Of a stretch of 24,000 bases of DNA, positions 1 to 6,719 are shown one piece after another. Every line of letters begins with the position of its first letter. The stretch's first letter is position 1. The stretch comes from Cyanobacteria bacterium VAR_4_metabat_243. Its GTDB lineage: Bacteria; Cyanobacteriota; Cyanobacteriia; Leptolyngbyales; Leptolyngbyaceae. The notes under the pieces are model-generated. The model saw only the letters and a list, made by a program, of their open reading frames with translations, had not been told where the DNA came from and made no database searches. The stretch is taken from the NCBI GenBank assembly GCA_031415035.1, contig JANOQX010000099.1, positions 8,798-32,797 of the forward strand. The letters are read 5' to 3'. The position numbers and the translations under genes were made by a program.

Positions 1-724
1 TCGCGGCTTGGATTGTGTCCAGGCGGCTATTGGTGCCCATTTCGGTGTGGTAATACTTGCGGGGTGCGCCGTAGTTGCGCAGGGCACGCAGTTGGGCGGC
101 GACGGCTTCATCGCGGGTGACGACCATGCCGCCATCGCCTAGGGCACCGAGGTTTTTGCTCGGGTAAAAGCTGAAGGCTGCCGCCATGCCGATCGACCCG
201 GCTTTGTAGCCTTCGCGCTCCGCCAAATGCGCCTGGGCCGCATCTTCAAAAATAATTAACCCGTAGGTGTCGGCCAGAGTCAATAGCTGGGATGGCGAAA
301 CCATCTGACCGTAGAGATGCACCGGAATAATCGCGCGGGTGCTGGGCGTAATCGCCCGTTCCGCTGCCACTAGATCAATCAGGCCCGTGAGCGGATCGCA
401 GTCCACCAGCACGGGTTTTGCGCCGCAGCGCATGACGCCGATCAGCGTGGCCACGAAGGTATTGGCTGGAAGAATTACTTCATCGGCGGCTTGAATCCCA
501 CAGGCTTGGAGACCCAGGGCGATCGCGTCGGTGCCGCAGGCGACGCCCACTCCGTAGGGCGCGTCACTGGCGCGGGCAAAGGCCGCTTCAAAGTCCGTGA
601 CGGCTTGGCCGAGGACATAGTCCCCTTGCATCAGCACGGCTTGCATGGCCTGCAACATCTCGGTCTGCAACGCATCATGTTGCAAACTCAAATCAACGAA
701 TGGAACGGCGGTCAGGCTAGACAT
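1..724 (-). CDS. DegT/DnrJ/EryC1/StrS-family PLP-dependent sugar aminotransferase (partial; 3' end lies beyond the left edge)
   Basis: The minus-strand frame is open from the ATG at 724-722 to the window edge. It is absent from the ORF track because it has no in-window stop. My translation starts MSSLTAVPFVDLSLQHDALQ. It contains AFSFYPSKNLGALGDGGMVVT (the PLP-lysine region) and ends NYGAPRKYYHTEMGTNSRLDTIQAA, all typical of this family. Confidence 0.85.
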   Translation of the reverse strand, partial: MSSLTAVPFVDLSLQHDALQTEMLQAMQAVLMQGDYVLGQAVTDFEAAFARASDAPYGVGVACGTDAIALGLQACGIQAADEVILPANTFVATLIGVMRCGAKPVLVDCDPLTGLIDLVAAERAITPSTRAIIPVHLYGQMVSPSQLLTLADTYGLIIFEDAAQAHLAEREGYKAGSIGMAAAFSFYPSKNLGALGDGGMVVTRDEAVAAQLRALRNYGAPRKYYHTEMGTNSRLDTIQAA

Positions 725-818
725 AGAACGTAGGTTAGGAGTTCTGGCTTCGTAACCTAAGAGTACCCAGGTGCTTTAGCGAGAGAGACCGCCGGTCATA
801 AAGTTCCGTGAATATGCC

Positions 819-853
819 GAACCCCACCCTTTCATCCGGAAAGGGTGGGGTTC
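819..853 (-). terminator. Perfect 13-bp stem / 9-nt loop hairpin downstream of hli; candidate intrinsic terminator
   Basis: GAACCCCACCCTT (819-831) pairs perfectly with AAGGGTGGGGTTC (841-853). It lies 38 nt beyond the hli stop and before the DegT start. No clear U-tract follows on the minus strand, so terminator function is inferred. Confidence 0.5.
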
Positions 854-890
854 AAGATTGGGCGCGATCGACGAAAAACGTCGGCCCGGC

Positions 891-1085
891 TTACTGGGCG
901 ATGAAGCCCAGCCAAGTCAAGACGCCTTCATGGGAAATCGCTTCGATCGCCAACGCGGCGACGAACCCGATCATCGCCGCCCGACCATTCAACCGCTCGG
1001 CATAGCCATTAAAGCCAAATTTGGGGTCTTCCACGGTGGGGGAGACGGTGGGCTTGGGCGCGGGTGATTTGGACTTTGAGGTCAT
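891..1085 (-). CDS. hli: High-light-inducible protein (HLIP / one-helix CAB-ELIP-HLIP family)
   Basis: 64 aa with the chlorophyll-binding helix motif ERLNGRAAMIGFVAALAIE. AGGAG (reverse complement of 1092-1096) lies 6 nt upstream of the ATG. Confidence 0.92.
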   Translation of the reverse strand: MTSKSKSPAPKPTVSPTVEDPKFGFNGYAERLNGRAAMIGFVAALAIEAISHEGVLTWLGFIAQ

Positions 1086-1098
1086 GGGGCGCTCCTGG

Positions 1099-1133
1099 TT
1101 TACATTTCTTTACGTTTCTCAATTGATTGTAAC
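1099..1133 (-). promoter_or_regulatory. Candidate hli promoter: TACAAT -10 hexamer plus an HLR1-like direct repeat (putative RpaB site)
   Basis: Plus strand 1099-1116 reads TTTACATT-TC-TTTACGTT. This matches the HLR1 consensus (G/T)TTACA(T/A)(T/A)NN(G/T)TTACA(T/A)(T/A) with one mismatch. The minus strand at 1133-1126 reads GTTACAAT, which contains TACAAT. Confidence 0.4.
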
Positions 1134-1183
1134 GAACATCGTCGGGCTTTGGATCGAATCGCCGATCGAATCGGCTGGATTGA

Positions 1184-2215
1184 CTAATAGGCCTGATAGA
1201 AATTTCCGGCCTGATAGTTGGGGATGGCGGGGGCGAAGGCGAGCCAAAGGGGGAACTGGAGCACACCGAGGTTTACGGCTTCTTCCATTTCGTCAATGAT
1301 GATCAGCGGCAGTTTGCCATCCTTTTGGGCGCGTTCGGCCCGTTGGACGAGGGGTTCGGCGAATTCGAATAGGGCGGGACCGCGATCGTTGCCGAAGTCG
1401 TTCCGCGTCAGGCCGAGGCAATCCTGGAGGCCGCGTCGCCATTCCCCCAGGCGTTCGGGGCTATTGGCCAGGATCAGCGGCCGGACTTGGTCGCCGTAGA
1501 GGTTGTAGAGAATCGAGATCACAGCGGAACCGACGAGGATGTTTTGCAGCCGGGAGCCGAGGGTTTTGACCGCGCCGCGTCCGCCTTGGTTGAAGAACCA
1601 GTCGGCGGTGCGTTCGGCGGGGATGCGATCGAAGGTGCGGCGCAGTTTCCAGGCGGGGCCGTAGTAGTCGGGGTCGGATTTGAATACTTCGATGACCTGG
1701 CGAATCCGATCGTTCTTCTTTTGGTAGTTGGGTTCGGCGAAGGTCAGGTCGCTGATGGCGAAGGTGTTGCTGACGGGTTTGGGACTGGATGGGGATTCGG
1801 GGTTTGGGCTGGCGGCAGGGACTTCGATTTGGCGCACTAGTTCGAGCCGATCGGCGGCGACGACGAGATCCTGCAAACTGCCGAGGAGGTATTCCTTAAA
1901 GCTTTGGACGCGCACGGCGATTTCTTCGGAAGTGCCCGCGAAGTTGGTGCGCATTTCGGCTTGGAGCCGGATTTGGCGTTGTTCGAGTTGGGCGATTTCG
2001 GTTTCGAGGGCGCGTTTGCGATCGCTCAGGGGGCGGAGGATTGAGTCGATCGTTGCGGCGTCGGTTGGGGCGTTGGCGCTAGCCTCCCGTAAGGGAAACG
2101 GCCGCTCCACTGACGCGGGGCGATCGCCAACGCCCGTACCCATCGCTTCAGGGTCGTTTAATCCTGCATCGATCGCAGATTCATCAGGATTTAGTGGCGC
2201 ATCGGAGTTGATCAT
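1184..2215 (-). CDS. Conserved cyanobacterial hypothetical protein; coiled-coil N-terminal half and a conserved C-terminal domain (DUF3086-like from memory)
   Basis: 343-aa ORF with consistent codon usage. It has a heptad-like stretch LETEIAQLEQRQIRLQAEM and a conserved-looking C-terminal part (DPDYYGPAWKLRRTF...NQGGRGAVKTLGSRLQN). The DUF number is recalled, not verified. Confidence 0.7.
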   Translation of the reverse strand: MINSDAPLNPDESAIDAGLNDPEAMGTGVGDRPASVERPFPLREASANAPTDAATIDSILRPLSDRKRALETEIAQLEQRQIRLQAEMRTNFAGTSEEIAVRVQSFKEYLLGSLQDLVVAADRLELVRQIEVPAASPNPESPSSPKPVSNTFAISDLTFAEPNYQKKNDRIRQVIEVFKSDPDYYGPAWKLRRTFDRIPAERTADWFFNQGGRGAVKTLGSRLQNILVGSAVISILYNLYGDQVRPLILANSPERLGEWRRGLQDCLGLTRNDFGNDRGPALFEFAEPLVQRAERAQKDGKLPLIIIDEMEEAVNLGVLQFPLWLAFAPAIPNYQAGNFYQAY

Positions 2216-2251
2216 GTCAATCGGGGGTGTCGCGGGGCAAATATTGTGGAT

Positions 2252-2653
2252 TTAGGCCTTGGGTTCGATCCGAGGGCAACGTTGTTCGAGGCAGAGGCGC
2301 AACATTGTCGGATCAAAGATAATCGGCAAAAAGTGAATGCTCTTCACTTCCCGAAAGTAAAACAAAATCGGCACCGGTGCCCAGAAGATTTCCCAATTCG
2401 ACCATTCCGCATAGGGAAAACTCCGAATCAGCGTCTCCCCCCGATACACATCCAAGGCCGTGGCCGTGAATTGCAGCTTCAACAACACGCATTGGAGTAA
2501 CAGGAATAGCCCAAATACCCCGATCGGCAATCCCACCCACCATTTCACGCCGATCGTCAGCCCGATCGCGGCGACAATCAGGACGATCGGGATGTTGTAG
2601 CTGGGTTTGAGGGTGATGGTTTCGGTGGCGGTTGGAGAAGTGGCGCTAGTCAC
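2252..2653 (-). CDS. Small membrane protein of unknown function (DUF3119-like from memory)
   Basis: 133 aa with two adjacent hydrophobic helices (IPIVLIVAAIGLTIGVKWWVGLPIGVFGLFLLLQCVLL). It lies 36 nt upstream of the next minus-strand gene, so they are probably co-transcribed. Confidence 0.7.
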   Translation of the reverse strand: MTSATSPTATETITLKPSYNIPIVLIVAAIGLTIGVKWWVGLPIGVFGLFLLLQCVLLKLQFTATALDVYRGETLIRSFPYAEWSNWEIFWAPVPILFYFREVKSIHFLPIIFDPTMLRLCLEQRCPRIEPKA

Positions 2654-2816
2654 GATGATCGGTTAGGGCATAAAGGTTAGTCTCTATTTTAGGGTAAGAG
2701 CGGGGAAGCCGAACCGATCGCCGTCGTCGCAGTGCGTGAATCCGGCCTAGCCGATCGATCAGGTTTATTTCTATGATGAGCGTATCGAGCAATTTCTATG
2801 ACAAGGGGCAACGGCA

Positions 2817-3221
2817 ATGGGTCTTGGCGATCTGGTTCAGAAAGCGGTCTATCTCGGCATCGGCGTCGCCTCCTACGCGGGCGAAAAAGCGGGCGATAAG
2901 CTGAACGAATTGCGCGATCAGATGCAAAAAATGGCCGATGAAATGGTCGAGCGCGGTGAAATGACCGCCGATGAAGCCAAAAAGTTTGTTGATGACACGG
3001 TGAAGAAGGCCCAGCAGCCCGGAACGGCGAAGCCGTCGGGTGAGTCCACGGTGCCCCGTCCGATCAAGATTACCGACGAGACCGATCCCGCGCCGACCGC
3101 ATCGACTGTGCCGATCGATCCTCAGCCCGTGGCGTCGAAGTCCGATGACATCGATATTGCGACCATGCGGCGGCAGGTTGAAGAACTCCAGGATGAACTG
3201 CGCCGACTGCGGAAACCGTAG
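2817..3221 (+). CDS. Phasin-like (COG3937-type) helical protein with a Pro/Thr-rich linker and a C-terminal coiled coil
   Basis: The N-terminus GLGDLVQKAVYLGIGVASYAGEKAGDKLNELR...VERGEMTADEAKKFVDD resembles phasin/COG3937 proteins. AAGGGG lies upstream of the ATG. Confidence 0.65.
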   Translation: MGLGDLVQKAVYLGIGVASYAGEKAGDKLNELRDQMQKMADEMVERGEMTADEAKKFVDDTVKKAQQPGTAKPSGESTVPRPIKITDETDPAPTASTVPIDPQPVASKSDDIDIATMRRQVEELQDELRRLRKP

Positions 3222-3237
3222 TGGGTTGCGCGGTTCC

Positions 3238-3371
3238 GCCTTGGGATCAATCCCAAGGCTCATGGCGAAAACCCGTTGAAACGGGTTGAAATGGGCTAAA
3301 ATACCTGCGGAATAAGCTCTTCAGTCCGTTTTAACGGACTTGTGCTGTTAGCCTTGGGTTTGAACCCAAGG
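3238..3371. repeat. Module of four short hairpins between convergent genes
   Basis: GCCTTGGGA/TCCCAAGGC (3238-3259), AACCCGT/ACGGGTT (3270-3287), AGTCCG/CGGACT (3323-3340) and CCTTGGG/CCCAAGG (3352-3371). Hairpins 1 and 4 share the same stem sequence. Confidence 0.55.
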
Positions 3372-3399
3372 TGGTGCTGATGCGAAGTCGAAACCCGGA

Positions 3400-4638
3400 C
3401 TATTCCTTCGGCTTGACGATCGTTGAATAATTGGCAAACCAACCTTTGCGCCAGAATAGGGTGAGTTGGACGCTCGCCACGGCGAGCATCACGGCTAAGC
3501 AAACGAAATATCCCAAGCGGGTCTTGAGTTCTGGCATGTGCTCGAAGTTCATCCCGTATACCCCGGCAATGAAGGTGAGCGGAATGAAAATACTCGATAT
3601 TACTGTGAGCACCTTCATAATCTCATTCATCTTGTTGCTGACGGAGGAGAGGTAGATGTCCATCAGACTGGAGGCGACTTCGCGGTAGGTTTCGACCATG
3701 TCCAAGACCTGAACGGTGTGGTCGTAGCAGTCGCGCAGATAGATTCGGACGTCGTGGCTGATCAGGTCGCTTTCGTCGCGGATCAGGACGTTGATGGCGT
3801 CGCGTTGGGGCCAGATGGCGCGGCGCAGGGAGAGCAGTTCGCGTTTCATCCGGTGGATGCGTTCGAGGGTTTGGCGGCTGGGGTTGGCGACGACTTCGTC
3901 TTCGAGCAGTTCGAGTTGTTCGCCATATTCTTCTAAGACGGGGAAGAAGCCGTCGATGATCGCGTCGATCAGGGTGTACATCAGGTAGTCCGCGCCCATT
4001 TTGCGGATGTTGCCTTTGGCGGTGGTAATGCGATCGCGCACGGGGCTGAAGCAGTCGTATTCGGCTTCTTCCTGGATGCTCAGGAGGTAATGATCGCCCA
4101 GGATAAAACTAATTTGTTCGCTGCTGAAGCTGGTGCTGCCCGATCGGGCATTGAGCATGACCATGCGGGTGACGATCAGCAATTGTCCGTCATATTCTTC
4201 GACTTTGGGCCGTTGGGGCACGTTGACCACATCTTCGAGCACCAACGGGTGGAGCTGAAAGATCTGGCCGATCGCTTGGAGGGTCGGCTCGTTGCCGAGG
4301 CCCTGTAAATCCACCCAGGAAACACTTTCGCTGTCGAGGTAGGGCACCAGCTCGGCGGGGGTGAGCAAATCGATCCGTTCGCATTCGGTGGGGCTGTAGT
4401 CGATCAGGGTGATGTCGGTGGGGCCGTCATGCTTCAGGTGCAGGGTGCCGGGAACGCTGCCGGGGATGTCCTGGAAGTAGTGGATGTGGTGGCTGGGGGG
4501 GGCTTTGGGGCGGCCCGATGACTTGCGGTCGAGGGTGGACGATCGGGCGTGTTTGGTGGCTGGGGCGGCATGAGGATGTGTCGGACGCCGCCCTGGGGCA
4601 TTACTATGGTCATGGCTGGACATGCCGATCGGCCTCAA
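3400..4638 (-). CDS. corA: CorA-family magnesium/cobalt transporter
   Basis: The YGMNF signature (AGVYGMNFEHMPEL) sits between two C-terminal TM helices, with the acidic/helical cytoplasmic domain typical of CorA. The true start could be M1 or M6. Confidence 0.9.
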   Translation of the reverse strand: MRPIGMSSHDHSNAPGRRPTHPHAAPATKHARSSTLDRKSSGRPKAPPSHHIHYFQDIPGSVPGTLHLKHDGPTDITLIDYSPTECERIDLLTPAELVPYLDSESVSWVDLQGLGNEPTLQAIGQIFQLHPLVLEDVVNVPQRPKVEEYDGQLLIVTRMVMLNARSGSTSFSSEQISFILGDHYLLSIQEEAEYDCFSPVRDRITTAKGNIRKMGADYLMYTLIDAIIDGFFPVLEEYGEQLELLEDEVVANPSRQTLERIHRMKRELLSLRRAIWPQRDAINVLIRDESDLISHDVRIYLRDCYDHTVQVLDMVETYREVASSLMDIYLSSVSNKMNEIMKVLTVISSIFIPLTFIAGVYGMNFEHMPELKTRLGYFVCLAVMLAVASVQLTLFWRKGWFANYSTIVKPKE

Positions 4639-4685
4639 TATTGCTGCAATCTATCGCATCCTAACCGATTTCTCGTTGGACAAAT

Positions 4686-5462
4686 ATGGCTTCTTCCTCT
4701 CTTGCTCGTTGGGGTGCCCGATCGTGGGCTGGCTGTCTGTTGATGGGCCAAGTGGTGGTGCATCTCTGCCAGGGCAAAATCCATCGCCGCAATACCCTAG
4801 AACAAATGTCGATCGTCGGGCCGGAGTCGCTGCTGATCGCGCTGCTGACGGCGAGTTTTGTGGGGATGGTGTTTACGATCCAGGTGGCGCGGGAGTTTGT
4901 TAATCTCGGCGCGGGGACGGCGGTGGGCGGGGTGCTGATGATTTCCTTGGCGCGGGAGCTAGCGCCGGTGCTGACGGCGGTGATTCTGGCGGGGCGGGTG
5001 GGTTCGGCCTTTGCGGCGGAGCTGGGCACGATGCGGGTGACGGAGCAGATCGATGCGCTGTATATGCTGCGGACTGACCCGATCGATTATTTGGTGATTC
5101 CCCGCGTGATTGCTTGCTGTTTGATGTTGCCGCTGTTGACGGTGCTGTCGCTGTTGACGGGGATGTTTGGTGGGATGTTGATTGCCGATGCGATGTATGG
5201 CATTTCCCACACGCTGTTCATCGATTCGGCGCGGCGGTTTATTACGGTGTGGGATTTGTGTAGTGCGCCGTTGAAGGCGATCGCCTTTGGGATTTTGATT
5301 GCGGTGATTGGCTGCAATTGGGGGTTGACCACGACGGGCGGGGCGAAGGGCGTTGGGCAATCGACGACGACCGCCGTGGTGACGGCGTTGATGGCAATCT
5401 TTATTTCCAATTTCTTTCTATCCTGGGTGATGTTCCAGGGGTCGGGCAGCGCGGTGTTGTAG
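4686..5462 (+). CDS. mlaE: MlaE/Ttg2B/TGD1-family ABC transporter permease (lipid transport)
   Basis: 258 aa and multi-TM, with the conserved block FVGMVFTIQVAREFVNLGAGTAVGGVLMISLARELAPVLTAVILAGRVGSAFAAELGTMRVTEQIDAL typical of MlaE permeases. Confidence 0.85.
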   Translation: MASSSLARWGARSWAGCLLMGQVVVHLCQGKIHRRNTLEQMSIVGPESLLIALLTASFVGMVFTIQVAREFVNLGAGTAVGGVLMISLARELAPVLTAVILAGRVGSAFAAELGTMRVTEQIDALYMLRTDPIDYLVIPRVIACCLMLPLLTVLSLLTGMFGGMLIADAMYGISHTLFIDSARRFITVWDLCSAPLKAIAFGILIAVIGCNWGLTTTGGAKGVGQSTTTAVVTALMAIFISNFFLSWVMFQGSGSAVL

Positions 5463-5532
5463 GGTGGGCAATGCCCACGATTTCCATGATTAATCGGTCA
5501 ACGGCAATTACGGTGGGCATTGCCCACCCTAC
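5459..5532. repeat. 74-bp MITE/REP-like element with perfect 20-bp terminal inverted repeats (copy 1)
   Basis: GTAGGGTGGGCAATGCCCAC (5459-5478) is the exact reverse complement of 5513-5532. Each arm contains the nested palindrome GTGGGCA-N-TGCCCAC. A related copy lies at 8486-8578. Confidence 0.75.
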
Positions 5533-5590
5533 GGTTGATTGTCCGCCGGGGCGAATTGTGGGGCAATGGGGATGCCGATCGGGTGTTTGA

Positions 5591-6121
5591 TTAACCCTGA
5601 AACTGCTGCATCAGCCAAGCATTGGTGGCCGCTTGGTTTTCCTGGCGACTCCGACCCAAGGCTGTTTCCAAGATCTCTAGCTTCAAACCTGGGAATACCT
5701 GCGATTCCTGAATCCGCCGCACCGTGCCATCGGGGGCGATCGCGAAGGCGAGAATCTGCATCGTCTGGACATTCACAATCCAATATTCCGGGATGCGCAA
5801 ATCCTCATACTGCAACCGCTTCGTGCCCAAATCATCCGAAAGTGAAGAAGTATCTGAAACTTCAATTACCAAACTCGGAATTGGATATTGATCAAGGTTA
5901 ACCACCCCCCAGGTGCCCCAGGGAACCGCATCAGCGATCGTGCCAACATAGCAAGAGATGTCCGGCTGAAACTCATCAAACCCATTCTTCGAGTAAGAAC
6001 AGCGATTTTTGATGGTGATCGGTAGACCTTGTTGAGGCGCTGCAAAAAACGACAGTGCGAAGAGCACTAATGCATGGTCTTTGGAGTGATCGGATCCAGT
6101 AGACATGGGTTCGAGCCTCAT
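5591..6121 (-). CDS. Uma2-family (DUF820) putative endonuclease
   Basis: The core PSLVIEVSDTSSLSDDLGTKRLQYEDLRIPEYWIVNVQ matches the Uma2 pattern (VvEV.S.s....D...K...Y...gv.EYWiVd). Confidence 0.7.
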   Translation of the reverse strand: MRLEPMSTGSDHSKDHALVLFALSFFAAPQQGLPITIKNRCSYSKNGFDEFQPDISCYVGTIADAVPWGTWGVVNLDQYPIPSLVIEVSDTSSLSDDLGTKRLQYEDLRIPEYWIVNVQTMQILAFAIAPDGTVRRIQESQVFPGLKLEILETALGRSRQENQAATNAWLMQQFQG

Positions 6122-6162
6122 TTTCCCATGGGGTTAGTACGCCTGAGTCATATTGGCCCCTT

Positions 6163-6483
6163 CTACAAGATCGCGTCTAACGCCGCCTGGAATTCCTCAT
6201 ATTTCTTCACCCCGACCAATGTGGTGCTCAGTTCGCCCGCTTTGAAATACATCACGGCGGGGATGCTGCGGAGTTCGAAGCGTTTGGCGATCGCTTTGTG
6301 GTTGTCCAAATCCAGCTTCATGACTTGCGCTCGATCCTGGTAATCAGCGGCAAGTTGGTCGATCAGGGGGCCAATCAATTTGCAAGGGCCGCACCAACTG
6401 GCGGTGCAATCGACGACCAGCGGCGTTCCGGCGGCCAGTAAGGTATCGAATTCGGCTTCGGTTTCAATGTAGCTGGCGGCCAT
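6163..6483 (-). CDS. trxA: Thioredoxin
   Basis: 106 aa with the WCGPC active site and thioredoxin-fold length and layout. Confidence 0.92.
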   Translation of the reverse strand: MAASYIETEAEFDTLLAAGTPLVVDCTASWCGPCKLIGPLIDQLAADYQDRAQVMKLDLDNHKAIAKRFELRSIPAVMYFKAGELSTTLVGVKKYEEFQAALDAIL

Positions 6484-6595
6484 GGGAAATTACACAGTAA
6501 AGGATTTAAGAGCAGCCTACAGGATTGTGGCGATCGGTGATCTTGCGCCCGTGGAGTTGTTGGTTGCACCACCCACCCACCCGCGCGTCAAGGTT

Positions 6596-6672
6596 GGGCT
6601 AGTAAGGAAACCGGGCTAAACCCCGCTCAGAAGTTGGCTCAGTCCCCTTTAGGGGAGTTTCCTTACTAGCCC
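6596..6672. repeat. 77-bp hairpin element with 16-bp perfect inverted termini
   Basis: GGGCTAGTAAGGAAAC (6596-6611) pairs with GTTTCCTTACTAGCCC (6657-6672). There is an inner small hairpin TCCCCT/AGGGGA (6643-6656). The element lies 48 nt downstream of the GTPase gene stop. Confidence 0.6.
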
Positions 6673-6719
6673 TGTGCTTGAGCTACGGGCGGGCGGCGCA
6701 ACTCATCCGAGGATCATCG

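Noticed and set aside
1218-2255. Plus-strand ORFs 1218-1499, 1487-1840 and 1728-2255
   Set aside because: They are antisense to the 343-aa minus-strand gene. They are Arg/Ser/Gly-rich with no domain features, typical of shadow ORFs in high-GC sequence.
2258-2274. tRNA-like T-arm CTTGG-GTTCGAT-CCGAG; a similar GGGTTCGAGCC lies at 6108-6120
   Set aside because: There is no matching acceptor stem, D-arm or anticodon arm in the flanking ~60 nt. Both lie inside or at the ends of protein-coding genes.
2767-2801. The 10-mer ATTTCTATGA occurs at 2767, 2792 and 22907, each upstream of plus-strand genes, suggesting a shared operator or -10 (TATGAT)
   Set aside because: A back-of-envelope estimate for a 24-kb window gives tens of chance 11-mer pairs and about two chance 10-mer triples, so recurrence alone is not significant. 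TATGAT may still be a -10 box, but I cannot support a regulon claim.
2796-3263. 155-aa minus-strand ORF opposite the phasin-like gene
   Set aside because: Its composition is Arg/His/Gly-rich and its C-terminal part is a translation of the hairpin repeat. The plus-strand frame has a coherent helical protein and an RBS.
3238-3371. Possibility that the hairpin clusters represent a CRISPR array
   Set aside because: The hairpins differ in sequence, are not regularly spaced by unique spacers, and no cas genes are present.
4661-5410. Minus-strand ORFs 4661-5029, 4959-5360 and 5087-5410 opposite mlaE
   Set aside because: They are antisense shadows of a well-supported multi-TM permease. Their sequences are extremely Arg/His/Pro/Gln-rich.
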